Below, one piece after another: positions 26,001 through 39,090 of a DNA stretch of 64,000 nucleotides. A program made the position numbers and the translations under genes. Source of the DNA: Amoebophrya sp. A120 (lineage: Eukaryota; Protista; Dinoflagellata); assembly GCA_905178155.1 (NCBI GenBank), contig CAJINV010000003.1:10113979-10177978 (forward strand). Direction: 5' to 3'. Position 1 is the first letter of the stretch. The number at the start of each line of letters is the position of its first letter. The notes under the pieces are model-generated. The model was not told the DNA's origin. It worked only from the letters and a program-made list of their open reading frames with translations, and did no database searches.

Positions 26001-29000
26001 TGTTCTCGGAGTGCTCGGCTCATCGCATCGGTTTTCTCCCTTTTTTTATTTTTGTCATTTCCAGCACGTTGTTCTCGTGATCTCATTGTTGGTGAGCCGG
26101 CACCCCTGTCCACTTTGAGTTCCTGTGTCACGATGAACAAGCGAGCACTCCCATCCATTTCTTCATCCTTACCTGCTTCACAGAGCAGTGAAGATTTTGT
26201 TGGTGAGACGGCAGGGGCAGTAGTGCTGTTCATTCTTTTCAGATCATCTTTTTCTTCGACACATCGGTCGTGCGAGTGCTTCTCGGTGAGCGTTTTTTCG
26301 TTACGAGTGCTTGAGCGGGCACCTGTCTTCTTCTCTCAACTCAAACCTAGCCTGATTCCGTGCAATGTCCTTTGCATGTTTTATGCATGACAAATTGCGA
26401 TTTTCTTTCTTATTTACCTTAACTAATAAACGTAGATTTAACGGCGCCGGATAGTAAGTCCGGACTCTAAGTAGTTAATTAAAATGGCTAGTTAAATTTT
26501 TGGGTAAGTTGAGTTTGGGTAAGTTGACGCAGTCATAGATAATGAAAAAATATGTCTTTAATTGTCATAGTCGTACGCATTCATCACCGGCATCTACTTG
26601 TTGTCGCTATACTTGAGTTCAGCCATAGGAGGAGCGAGATTCGAACGGGCGAAAAGGAATTTGTAATGCGCGCCCGCCTCTACGGCAGCGGCAGAAATGC
26701 GCACGAATCCGTGTGAGGTTGACGTTCCCTGAACGACCAATGATCTCGCGACCCGAGCAACGTATCGCGCTGTTGATCCTGTGGACACTGCTGCTGTGAC
26801 GAACACTGTCTGATCCACTATCATGTAGAGACAGACCCCCCGGGGCAAGTGGCTCCTGTGAAAAAGGCGGCGCGCAGGCGCGTGCGTGCGAGCCCAATGT
26901 AGGGCGTGGAGGGCGGCGGGATGAAATTTCGAGCAGGGGCTCAATCAACCCGAAGGCTTCGCCGGGTTTCGCTGGACAATTAGAAATATTTCATCTCGCT
27001 CGAACAAAGGAACTGACGCTACTCGATTAAATAGATTATATAAATTTAGATGTAGGCTACAGTGACCTACTTAAAACTTCAATTTGCAGTATAGATATAG
27101 AATATCTTGTAAAATAGTTGTCGGCATCGGCAAGTAGAAGCACGATACCAAGAAAGCAGACAGAGCAGCGAACATTATTGCTGCGTCAGTCATCTGCATG
27201 GCAAGAAATGCTGCAAAGTTTAACTTTGATGAAAGGTTTTATGTAAAAAAATGGACTCAATAAATAACTGATCTTGCTAGGCAAGATCATCTTTATATTC
27301 GTAGAGAGCGAGGAAATCAAAACAACAGGGCCACGTTGTCGCCGAAGACAAAGGCAAAAGCTAAAGCAAAGGCCGATCCGCTGGCGACCATTGCAAGCTC
27401 GAGTGGCAAGCCGCCAACAGAAGAATATGCAGAGCGGTTCGACAAAGTTCTTGAAGAATTGCCCGAGGATCTCGGGGAACTCGAGTCCGTCTCCGAACAG
27501 GAGGAGTCGTGATGGCCACAGATTCTGCAGGCGCAAAGGCAAGAACGAGAGGAAATGGCTGGAGACGCGGATATGAAAGTTTTCTTTTTCCGCCTCCACG
27601 TGAAGCGATTCGCTGCTGGGCCATTCACTGGCGCGAGCGAGAGACTCTATCGTCCATCAAAAGTGCAGCGCTGGCCGTCCATTGCGGAGTGTCTCACCAT
27701 CAGAAGTGCGAACTGCGAGGAGCGGGGCGCACCGCCTCGAGCTCGGAAGTTCGATCGCTGCGCTAAGTGTACACAGATAGAGCTTTCGGGTAGCCCATGG
27801 ACGCACGAGCAATTGATGCGCATTGATTCTCACAGATTTTCTGTAGCGATCGGCGTGATCATTAGCAACTACGTTGCTTGATATAATTTTCATTTTTACG
27901 AGGTCATGATATGCAAGAAAAAAACACCATATACAACGAGTAAATAGCAATATTTCATGCCCTGCAAGAAATTGCGCTGGAAAAAATTGCAAAAGTGTGA
28001 TCTGATTGTATGATGGTGTTTTTTTCTTCCATGATACATGAGCAGAAATGTCTGCGCTTGCGCCTGCACCAAATTGGAATTCCGAGATAGTTCCGCTGTT
28101 CAACCCTCCTCGTCCAGGAGGTCAGTGTGTTGCACTCGGTGCACTTCAGCGAAGATCCATAGTCAAAAGTAAGTGCTTCTCCTTTCGTCCACTCGGTATA
28201 TTTGAGATTGACAGATACTCTAATTCGGTCACAGCATAAGATTCATAGGAGGAGAAGGAACTCTTCAGCGTACACGTCTTTCTTGAAATGACTAGGGTTT
28301 ATCCATTTCTTTCATTCGCTCTATTAATTGTGCTTGGAACAATTGTTCTCGTCAAATCTCGTACAGGCATGAGCAGGAGTTTTTAGCAGAACGCAACTAG
28401 ACTGCACCAGTGCGGCCCAGGCTGTTTTTGGTCTGATAAATGCACTTATGTGCGTGCGCGATCTCGAATAACTCGCCTCTGCATGCTCTTCTTCGTCGGG
28501 ATCATCTTTAAACGTGGATGCGGGTGGCCAGAGTCTGGCTGTTAGCCATGTGGGGGATGCCGTGAGGAAAACTTCGCTCTCTCGCCCGGCTCTCGGCTTA
28601 CTTTTTTGTGCAGGCCCTAGAACCTCGCGCCCTCTTGCATCAGGGTGCCCCAGCTTATATATCTGGCACCAGTTTCCTGTATTGTTTTTGTCTCATCTTG
28701 GAACGGCACGGGATTGCGTTCCTTAACGTTCGAAGACACAAGGTTGCCCTTCTAAGACTATCCACTGTCTAAATTTATTTGGGAGCCAGAGGCCACAGTC
28801 TCAAAGAAAAAAATGAAGCTGGAGGGGTTAGCCCGACTGCCCGCTCCGCCCATTCCTCAAGGTCGCTATCGGTGCTTGTCAGTGTTAACGTGTGCACTCG
28901 TGCGCGCCCACGAAATTGGTACGCTACCTTCGTCGCCTGGTGGGGGCCCGCGCCGCTAGCACTCGGCGGTCCGCGTCACGACAAATACGAAAACAGTTTG

Positions 29001-29279
29001 CGCAGTTTACCTGCGTAGTTGTGTCAAAATAACGCATATTAATACTATTGGACATTGCCAAATGTTTTTGCATTTTCAAACCCCCGCGCCCCCTTATTTG
29101 GATCTGGTCCAAAAAATAAAAACCGAAGGGCGCGGCGGGCATCCTGCTCGAGAGAAAAAGGCCGAGCGCGAAAAGTGCCAAAATTACGAGCGCGACCCAC
29201 AGCATTTTGCGGATTCAACAAGGGCCCCGGGAGGTGATTCCATTTGTTGAATAATATTCAGCAAGGTCCGACACAAACA

Positions 29280-30234
29280 AAAGCCCCCCGGCCACGCAAA
29301 AACGGAATAAGATTTCAAGGCGCGCGCGCGTAATGCGCGCACACGCGTAACGCGTACAGGCGGGCGCGTAGCGCGCCCCGCGTCGCGTAACGCGCGAGCC
29401 ACGCGGGGGGGGCCGGGCGGGCAGGCGGCAGGGGCCGACAGCTGGCGGGGGCGGGGGAGGGGGGGCCGGCCCGGGGTGGGGGCCGGGCAGGTAGGCGGCA
29501 ACATGCGGGGGCGCGCCCCCCAAGCGGCCGCGGCCCCCGGCAGGGGGCGGCAGCGGGCGGGGGCGGGGAATGGGGGGAGGCGCGCCCCCCGGCGGCCGCG
29601 GCTCGGGGCGGGAGGGAGCCGGGCTGGCTGGCGGCAGGAGGCGGGGGCAGTAGCAGGGGGTGGGAAATGGGGGCGGCAGCGCCCCTCCGGCGGCCGCGGC
29701 TCGGAGCGGGGCGGGGAATGGCCGCAGCAGGCAAGCGGCCGGGGTCGTCCGCAGCGAAGCATGTGCGGGGGGGGGGCGGAGGTCGGGCGCGGCTGCAGGC
29801 GGGGGGCGGGGACGGCAGCATGCTGCGGGGGCACCAAGGTAGGTTTCCCAACCGGCGTTGGGGGCCGGGAACTGGCGAGGACAGGCAGGCAGGCCGCGCG
29901 ATTAGCCAGCGCGCATGTGCATCGCGGGCAGGCGCGACGGGCTAAGTAATGCCCTCCCCTGCGGCTGGTGAACAGCACCACGCGGGGACAGACGAGGGCG
30001 CCGCGACCCGATGGGGGACCGTTGCCGATGGATTCTTCAAGGGCTGCGCGCCTCAGCGCGGCTGGACGACACCGACAGCGCTTTTTGCTTTTAGCGTTTG
30101 GACAGAATTCTTGGCGCGCAGTTTCTTTTTCGAACGAACGACAACGCGCTGGGCTTTTGCACCTAGTCGCACTAATTTTGCAGCCTTCAGTCTGTAAGTT
30201 TTTGCGTAAATTGTGGCCTGGCTTCTTACCCTAG
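29280..30234 (+). mobile_element. GC-rich non-autonomous Helitron-like element (5' end not located)
   Basis: Homologous in inverse orientation to 49981-51428 (shared 3' ~250 bp and the GCCCC..GGCCAC..AAAAACGG motif); ends in CTAG|T at 30231-30235. Confidence 0.65.
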
Positions 30235-30945
30235 TAAGTAAGTAAGTAAGGAAGTAAGTATCAATACCTGCCGACTCGTGGGCAGCTTCGTTTCCTTCAG
30301 CCGAACCGACGGTAGTTTTTGTATACGCCGTGGCTTTTCGATACTTCTCTGTTTTGCATGCAATCGGAAAGCCGCGTCTCATCCTTATGGTCTCGGAAGA
30401 CGTTCTTGTATGTTTTTGGGAACACGCACCTACCAGCCCGAGGAGTTGCGGGAGCCCGAAAAATTGACAAAGCCACTGCTTCTGTTGGCAAATTTCGCTC
30501 TTCGTCAGTGAGCATGGCAAGCGCCCACAATTTTCAGCTGCGTCATTTTTATTTATTTCTGTTTGCGTGATATCGATTTCGATATGGTAAGTTAAGTATT
30601 CTTCGGAATCAATAATCATTGATGTTCCACATCCACCGAAAGAGAGGCTAAGGACACCGTTTCAGCGTGGAGGTGTGTATGCGTATGCCATGGTGTACCC
30701 CATCGTGCAGTACGTAGAGTTGTCTACGACGCAACTCGTTGCGAGTGTGAAGATCGTGAGCAAATTTACAACATGAAGTTCTCTCATCATTGCAAGAAAA
30801 TAAAAGTTGTATCAAAAGCAAAGCCAAAAGATGACTGTTGCGACACGTTGCAAGTGTAGCGCGAGCTCCTGCAAAGGCACTTTGTTTAAGTTTATGTTAA
30901 GTGATACCAGTCACTGAAGCCCAATTTTAGACGCGCCAGCGCAGA

Positions 30946-31350
30946 ATGATCTTCTCGCATCTGGCTTCCCCGGCGTTCTCATACTGGTCAGTGCATTGTG
31001 CTTCGGGCGCACTAGCCGTTGCTTTGGGAGCCTTCGGTGCGCACGGGCTGAAGGGCCGGGGCCTCGATACAAGGATGCTGGAGGTATGGGATACAGGGGT
31101 GCGGTACCAGTTTGTCCATTCGCTTCTTGGACTCTTCGCCGTCATGCACCGACACGTTGAGGTAAAAAGCGGCAGCACCCATCCCGCCAGTCATAACTAT
31201 GGCTCGCTCTTAGCGGGTATTGGTAATCTGCTATTTGCGGGAAGTTTGTACGGCATAGTGCTCACGGATATCAAGAAACTTGGGATAATCACCCCGATCG
31301 GGGGACTGCTCTACATTGCCGCGTGGTTGTGCGTGGCAGCAGACCTATGA
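30946..31350 (+). CDS. TMEM256/DUF423 (YgdD-like) small membrane protein
   Basis: Intronless 134-aa ORF with the family motifs AVALGAFGAHGL, WDTGVRYQFVHS, G.LLFAGSLY and LGIITPIGG. Confidence 0.93.
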   Translation: MIFSHLASPAFSYWSVHCASGALAVALGAFGAHGLKGRGLDTRMLEVWDTGVRYQFVHSLLGLFAVMHRHVEVKSGSTHPASHNYGSLLAGIGNLLFAGSLYGIVLTDIKKLGIITPIGGLLYIAAWLCVAADL

Positions 31351-32169
31351 CTAATGAGTTGCATTTTTTTCCATGAGGACTCGAGGGAGATGAAAAACGA
31401 AGTACGAGGAAGGTGGGAAAAATGAAAACGAAGAAGCACGGTGTTCTGCTTTTGCTAGAACTAACTAAAAAGGTACAAAGGAAAGGAGGATGGCGCGCGA
31501 CTGCAATAGCACGAAGACATGTCCTCGCATACAATGCGTGTGGTTTCTCCCTGCTATCGCAACAATCGTGTATTATCGTAACGGTTGCTGCGACCCGTCA
31601 ACGAACTTAATTCGACATGTTAGCAGGCTATCGCTGTTGTATAGAGAGGATTTACAGTTAAAGTTTTACCTTGTTCGCCGCAACAGACAGTAGACGAGGA
31701 AGCAAACATCGTCGTGTGAGTAGACGAAGCGATCGCATATAAATGTAAGTCTGAGTTTTAACAAAACAGAAACGCTGCCACTGCCAGCAGTGGTGGTGCC
31801 AGAATTGGAAAAATTGCACGTAAAGCAGAGGAGCAGGGACAGGGAGCGAGAAGGTGAGAGACCTCGGACTCGGAGATGCAAAACTTCCGGTATTGGCTAC
31901 AAAGCGCCTTCGAGCTAGTGCATTCGAATCTCGTTGTAATGGTAATACCTACTTATTGATTCGTAATCGTCGACAGGGCCACTCTTTTTATCTCGGAGAT
32001 GTTCGTCATCGCATCCTCGACAGCAAGGTAATTGAACATGGAGAAAAGTGTCTGTGAGTACTTCTCCACCATGTAGTACCAGCCCCACGGTAGATCTGTA
32101 CAATCCGAAGACCGTAATATCCTCATTGATGCAGTTGTACGTTGTGCTTGTGTCCCCCTCAAAATGAAT

Positions 32170-32750
32170 GCTTCAAAACGCGCGGGCGCGCGTAACACGA
32201 CTAACATATGTGACATTCGCCCGCATGACGTGCGGGCGCATAAGGCACTGCGCACGGCACACGGTGGACGGTAGCGCGTAGGTGCAGCAGCAGGTTAGGG
32301 CGCGGTGGCAGGCGGGGGTGGGAAATGGGGAAGGAGCAGCGCGCGGGGGCAGGGGAGCAGGCGGGGGCGGGGAATGGGGAGGCTGCGGCTCCCGGTGGCC
32401 AGAAGTGTGCGTCCGCTGCGCAGCGGGACCAGGCGGGGGCCACTACACATCGGCACGCGGGGGGAGAAATCGGAGGGCGCCCCTCCCCCCTGCGGCCGCG
32501 GGGAACGGGAGCTCGGCCTCCCCGGGAGTACACGGTGCGGACAGACAGCGCAATCAGGCGGCGCGAGCAGGCAGCCTGGCAGCCGGATCGGGCCGGCGGC
32601 GGGCCACGCTCCCCCTGCAGCCGCTACCGGCTGCTGCAGAACGGCAGACAAGGTCGCGGAACGGCGCAGCGGTGGTTGGGAACGCGCCGATGGGTGAGAG
32701 CGGGGAGTGGCGGTCGGTGCCATCCCCTGCAAACGGTGCTGGCGGTTCTC
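32170..32750 (+). mobile_element. Diverged copy of the GC-rich repeat family
   Basis: Shares the GGCGGGGGCGGGGAATGGGG, CGGCCGCGG and CGCGCGTAA motifs with the 29280 and 49981 copies. A hairpin plus CTAG|T end resembling 30215-30235 lies at 33288-33324 and may be its 3' end. Confidence 0.5.
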
Positions 32751-35006
32751 GTAGAGTCAGGCATGTACCTTCTATGTATAGATACTGCTCACACATACGA
32801 TTACGAAATCGATTGTGTTTTTGCTTTCCTTCGTTTTTCAACGAACTGGAGACTCTTGTTTACGCAAGTGCTCGCTCGGGCCAACCATTATGCTCAGATC
32901 TTTGCACGAGCCACGTCTGGTATTCTGCAGTTCCTTGCTTTTGATGTTGCCGGTTACACGTCAGGTCAAGGACATGTGGCGAGCTGCTCGGCCCTGACAG
33001 CCCTTGGGAGGTTGATTTTTCCACATGCAAGAGGAGCTATTGTAGAGCACTTGTGAAGCACAGCTCTGGTGAGTCTTCAGGCCTGCTAACATTACGCAAC
33101 TCCTCGCTCTTGCTTGGCCGTTCGTTGGGGCGAGGGTTTGTCTTGTTGCGATGACAAAGCTTCTTGGTCAAAGGACTTGCTCTTAGGACGCGTCTAGAGC
33201 ATATTTGTTCAGACAGTAACGCGCATGCCATGAGATGGGAGCATCGGACTGCGTTTGATATTGCTCCTGCTTTACACTTCTTGTATTTGCCAGGGGTCAC
33301 CCTCACCTGGCTTCCTGCCCTAGTAAAAAGTTAGATTGATATCAACATTATCTAAATTTTATCCGCATCTGATAGATAAATAGATATAGAAATAGTGCCT
33401 GAGACTGGCGTCGTGCCTCTTGCTCTTCAGTTTATCTGTTGCGCGAATATTTGCAGTCTGTTTGGCTAAATCTACATGTAGCTTTTGTGGATTCTTGCGA
33501 AGACCGCCTCAAGCTGGGGCGACGTGCGACTTGTGCTATTGGCAACACACTAGCCCACACTCCAACTTCTATCGTTGACAAGACATAGTACGGGCCAGCT
33601 ACGGTTCCGAGTGGCGGAATCTGACGCCGTGCGTGGCCTGCAGTTCAACATCTTCAACATCCACATCGGGCAACGAAACCTCGTGTCTCCTCCACGCCAA
33701 GCAGCTAGGACGATACCGTGAAGCTGTCTACTATCGGGACAAAAAGGGATCATTGCGTGCACGGCTCACTGTCGGTACGGAGTGCCGTCGTTTCGGACAG
33801 TAATACCAAGTACGGAGAGAAGTGGCAGTTGCAGAAGTGCGTTGGAACAAAGCTGTAGCAGCAGAGCATCGGCACTCTTCTCTGCCTCTGCATTATCCAA
33901 AGAAGTTTCGACGTGCAGTACTCAACATTGTTGTTCTGTTTGACAACCTGTAGGAGCCAGAACCTTCACCATCGACCGCGTTGGACGCAAACTTTCCCGC
34001 TTCATTATTTGCATTTCCTGTGGAAGTGACAACAAACGCAATCTCCAACGAAGCCGAAGATCGTCCCGCGAGCGAAGGCCTTCTTTCCCGGCAAGGAAGT
34101 ATCCAGAACCACAGGCGTCTACTTTACTGTTCGGCCTGGTTTCAGGTAGACTGGCTGCGACGGTAGTTTCCAAATCCACATCCCCTCATCGTGAAGATCG
34201 CACGATTTTATTTCAGATCGCCCTCGTCTTCAGGATCAGGAGATTCGCGCAACGGGATATTCCGGAGAAGGCCGCCGCGTCCCTTCCTGTGGAAGGAAAT
34301 AGAATACCGACAAAGAACAACTACAATAACCTATCCACTGCAAAGAATGCGTCTGGGTCTGTAGCACTAGCACTTCAGATGCAGCTTGTATATGAGCCTG
34401 CACCTTCCGGCTTCCGAACCTAGTCGGTGGTGAGGAGCCGTGCAAGAGCCAGTTGTATAAATCGGCTTTGTACCGCCTTTTTCGATCCCCATGCATTAGA
34501 AAAGTTCTATATTTGAGTGTGACACAAAGTGCGCAGCTAATGTTCCTTTCTTATAGAGAATGCCAGGTGTACTGCTCATGGCTCAGGCTTATTGCCCGAG
34601 CTGGTTGATAAAATCGGGCGCGCGTCTCGCACTAGGGCCTCACGTGGCTTTGGTCTACTTTGACTAGGCCAGTCATTTTTATTCCCAAATGGGGCACCCG
34701 TGACAGCCGGTGTAAAGAAACTGATGTGCAGACGAGATTTTGTAAGTATGTCTATGCTTGTGTCGCCCACCAGTGCCAGCCTTCGAAGACCCAGATCAAA
34801 AATATTTTTTGCATTTACATATTCATAACGTGCGATCGCTCGTCTGTTTTGCGCAGAAACCAACACGAGGAGACATGAAACCCACAAAACCCTCGACGTT
34901 TTCTTGTCATTATTTCGCAGATGCGAAATTGGACAACTCTACTGACCCCAGTTTGATGTTTACGTCTCGGCAGTGTTTTTATGATAATATTGATAGAGTA
35001 TTTATA

Positions 35007-35863
35007 CTAGCCACGTATGCTCCGCCTGTGGAAGTATGAAACAAAATTCAATTACCCGCTAGACCGAAAAACAAAAAAGAGAGCCAGATGAGCAGGAGCT
35101 CAAAAATAAAAAACGAAAAGCCAGGGACAGAAGCAGCTCCGCCCCGTTTGCAGTTGCGGTTGTAAGCAGATCCTGACTGCGGTCGCAAGCAGTTTTTGCG
35201 GTTGTGAGGCGTAAGCGCGGCAGCTGTGCTAACAACTGTGAGCAGTTGTTGTGGCTGGAGTGGTTTTTGCGCCACTTTTCTGCATACCGCGGCTGTCATT
35301 CTTCGTGCCAAATTATGGGCAGGGCTCCACAGGCGAGAACGGTCCCTTGCTTTTCCACCCGATGCAGGCACTGAGTACCGAGATCGTTATGCTTAGGCTT
35401 GTTTGCCTCCCGCCAGCTCTTCAAGACTTTGAAAACCTGGGGCGTCGTTCTTCCTTTCAGCGCCGCGCGCGCTTTTTTCAGCCAGCTTTGACGACCTTGC
35501 CTCCTATTTTTGTTGCTTGTCGAATTCAAAAGGTTTGCAAGTTCTGCTGTTGGCCCTCATCTTCAAGCTTTGCCTTTTCTTTTGCTTTCAACTTTCACTT
35601 TTTGACTTTAGCGCTTTCTTTTAATTTTTACCCGTAGCTTAGTTTTTAGCTTTTGCTTTTAGTTTTGCCTTTTTTAGTTTTCTTTTTTAGTTTTTTCTTT
35701 TAGTTTTTCCTTTTAGTTTTTCCTTTTAGTTTTTCCTTTTAGTTTTTCCTTTTAGTTTTTACTTTTAGTTTTTACTTTTAGTTTTTACTTTTTGGCTTTT
35801 GCCTTGTTGAAGTTGCGGAGTAATTGTTTGGCCATCACGACTTTAGTCTTAGCAAGGGATAGA
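35007..35863 (-). mobile_element. Non-autonomous Helitron-like element, copy 1
   Basis: The minus strand reads A|TC...CCACAGGCGGAGCATACGTGG-CTAG|T with no TSD; internal TTTTAGTTTTTAC minisatellite; full-length similarity to 39091-39897. Confidence 0.75.
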
Positions 35864-35865
35864 TT

Positions 35866-36489
35866 TATGGTATCCGGGTAGACCAGGCACCCTGGCCAGA
35901 CCAGGCACCCTGGCCAGACCAGGCACCCTGGACCACTTAGCCTGTGAACTGGGTACCCTGTGAACCGGGTTGCCAGCAGATACCAAGTCTGCCGCGCACT
36001 CCGGCCGCCTGGCGCCAGGTCTGGCATCTGGCGCGCATTGCGGCCCTGTGGCGCCAGGTCTGGCCGTCTGCCGCCCGGTTCGGTCGTCTGCCGCCTGGTC
36101 TGCCCGTCTGGCGCCAGGCCTGCCCGCCTGCAGCGCACTCCGGCCGTCTGGCGCCAGGTTTGATACGCAATGCGGCCGCCTTGCGCCGGGTCTGGCCGTC
36201 TGCCGCCCGGCCTCGTCAGTCTGACCGTCTGGCGCGAACTGACTCCGTCAGGCCGCCTGGCGCCGGGTGTGACTGGCGCCCGGCGTGGCCATCTGGCGCC
36301 TGTCCTCTTCGGCCGCCCGCCCACCTGACGCCCGGCGTGGCCGTCTCTTGTCCGGCTATGGAGAACCGGTCACCCTGCTCACACGGCGTGCATGGCTCTC
36401 CGGGGTACCTGTTTCAGGGTACCTGGCCAATAGGGTACCTGGTCCAGGGTACCTGGTCCAAGGGTGCCTGGTTTACACCTTTGCCGATA
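35866..36489. mobile_element. Foldback/MITE-like element with subterminal repeats
   Basis: Left GTAGACCAGGCACCCTGG (x3) is inverted relative to right CCAAGGGTGCCTGGTTTAC; interior of CTGGCGCCAGGTCTGGC units; ends TAT...ATA; TSD ambiguous. Confidence 0.7.
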
Positions 36490-36911
36490 TTTATATATTT
36501 AATATATGAGTCTATAGGTAAAGGTACATTTTTGGATGGCCAAAGTTGTACACACCAGGCAAAATGAGTCGCGGCGTGAGGTTGTCATGTTGCAGAAGCT
36601 TTGCTGAAGGAAATCTTGTTGCACTACTTTTGGTTTGCTTTATTGCTGCTGTGGATCTAGATGCGCTTTCTATTAGGGAGAAGGGAAGTTGTCCACGTGC
36701 ATACAAAGCAGACGGAACTTCTGCTGAGCGAAGTGGCGTCTCGCAATACTTCGATCGGCGGAGAATCACTTGGAAGTGACCGCGGCTGAAGCACATAGTT
36801 ATTACACGTCATCTCTGCTGGAGGAGAGTCACACTACAACCAACTTCCTATTGCAGGTAGATACTCCTGCGCTTACCTGACCTGCACTGCTTATCAGGAA
36901 AGCCGAGCACG

Positions 36912-38772
36912 ATGGGACCAAAAAAAGATCCGATGGCACCAATATTGGTGCACGAGGATGTTTTCTTGCGAGGGAGAAAATTTATCGAGCTGAAAATAGT
37001 GCCACCGCCGGCTAAGGGAGAGCTGACCGAACAGGAACTGTGCATCTCGCCGAGTTTCCATTCTCTGCCAGAACTAAAGCCAGCCGTGCAGTTTTACATG
37101 CAGCAATCCTGCCTGAAGTTGACGGATGACAAAAGAGTAGAACCCAGCAGAGTAGGACGCACAAGTTCTGACATAAATCTCGCACCAAGACTATCCTGTG
37201 AAAAGACGTCCCCACCTGCCAGCCAATGTCAAGATGATGTGTGTTTTGTTCCAGAAATGAAGATCTGCAACGAATGGGGCATCATGATGACGACAGTTAC
37301 TCCACGGTTTTGATGTGTGTTTGGTTTTGGGTCTCCACGAAACCTGTAGTGTAAGTATTAGTTTGTTCAGCATGACACGCTTGGAGTTTGGCGCGGAGCG
37401 TCATCCTTATTGATCAATAGCTGAATCACGCTGCACATTATGAGGCCACTAATTGCGCGTCCTGATTAGGGCACAAGTGATTCGGAAACATCAACTACTA
37501 GGAAACGCTTCTGTCTTCTTCGTCGCGTCGGAGGAGCTGTCATGTGCGTTCATGCAGTTACATACATAGCATCTTGGCCTTGTTGTTGCTCTTGCATGAC
37601 AAGAAGTGCGGACGGTTGGTGGCGACGTTTTATTTACGTAGGACAACTGCCAAGAAAAGAGTGTGTGGAGAACTTCAAGATGTTCAAGACGCAAGTCATA
37701 TCCACTGGAAATATGTTTGGGTCTGGAATAAAGGCGTGACGGCAGTAGAGTAAGTATGACCCAGAAGGACACTCCAATACACAGCTCAGCACGTAGTTGA
37801 GAACTTTTTGAGCTACAGCGCAGTACGTCTTGCGCATGGAGGACAGCTGCCTCTTCGATTTTGCATAAAGTCGCAGGAGCTTTTTGTGACTTTCTCTCGG
37901 TCGTGATCACGTTGCCCAAACGTGTTCCTCCTCGAGGTTTTTTAGTAGGTGGCTACTAGCGTTAGAGATTTATAAGACAGAGGAACGTCCGGGATGGTGA
38001 CCCCTTACTAAGGGGTAAGAGCGTCCTAAAATTTATATCAAAATATAAAGTTTCGTGAGCATTTCAAGGTGCTTAGGCTAAGTTATGACAGAGGGCTGAA
38101 GCTCGTCCTCGGCACCGACAAAAAGTTCCCCTTAGTGTTAACGGTGCAACTCCAACATGACAGAGCAATGAAGCTTGTCGGCAGCATGCATGACAAAGTT
38201 ATAGTTAAGAATAAGAGGTACGCCAGCCGACTTTACTTCCAGACGCGGAGATATTTTCAATGGATGAGTGAAACAAGCAGAGAAAAGAAGCGTATATCAT
38301 GAGATTCTTTTCTATGTACTAACTTATATCTATCTATATTTCCATACGAGTGCGAGTCGTGCACGTGTTGCGCGTACGTAGATCGAGGCGCTTCTCCTCA
38401 GTTTTTCGGATTCCTTCGCCTACAAATGCGGATTTATTTTTCGTACATACTGTTACTGTCACACTTACACCTCCAACTATTTCAACTCAACAGGCCCAAT
38501 TTCTGAAGCAGCTGGAGAAATCAGAGGCGAAGCAGGCGAAGCGAATGGCTCAGATAGAAAAAATCGACACTCTTGAAAAGGCCATGAACGACGAACTGAA
38601 AGAAGCGAGAACATATTCCGAAAGGCAAGAGCTCTTCGTGCCAAAATACATGAACGGATCCAAATTCGGAGAAAAGTGTCCCCGAAAAAACGTCTGGATA
38701 GTCGCAGAAGCCACTGCTCTGGTAGCCACAGTTTTTCTGTGCGTTCCTCAACACATGCATGCTGATACATGA
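36912..38772 (+). CDS. Probable multi-exon hypothetical protein
   Basis: Coding-like blocks MGPKKDPMAPILVHEDVFLRGRKF (36912-), GQLPRKECVENFKMFKTQ (~37640) and the coiled-coil AQFLKQLEKSEAKQAKRMAQIEK (~38490-), with GT/AG flanks. Junctions unresolved and no family recognised. Confidence 0.35.
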
Positions 38773-39090
38773 CCCATAAGATGTTTTTCGTTTTCACTTC
38801 GCGGTGCGTCTTGTTGTTTTCTCACCTATTGAATGTGCGTACAGTATATAGTATAAGGCGACACCTTCTTCCAAACAGACCGGCCCTTTCGTCGCAAACA
38901 TAATAGACGAGATAACGAAGTTTATCCAGACCTGTGTGGAAGAAAACTGCCAGTGTTTTAACCTCGCGGTGTTTGGAGCCGAAGGAACATGTACGCACTG
39001 CTTTTCCAAGCATGAATTATATATACCCAATGAGCAACGCGCTCCGTACCCGTGTTTGCGGATTATCGATGGGTTTTTTCAATATTAATA

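Larger units (their letters stand above)
25211..26537. mobile_element. Non-autonomous TIR transposon (MITE-like) with TAT...ATA ends and a 5-bp TSD, in non-coding DNA
   Basis: About 50-bp TIR (TATGGATGCGTCAACTTACCCAAACTCAA... / ...TTGAGTTTGGGTAAGTTGACGCAGTCATA), flanked by a perfect GATAA at 25206-25210 and 26538-26542. Confidence 0.9.
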
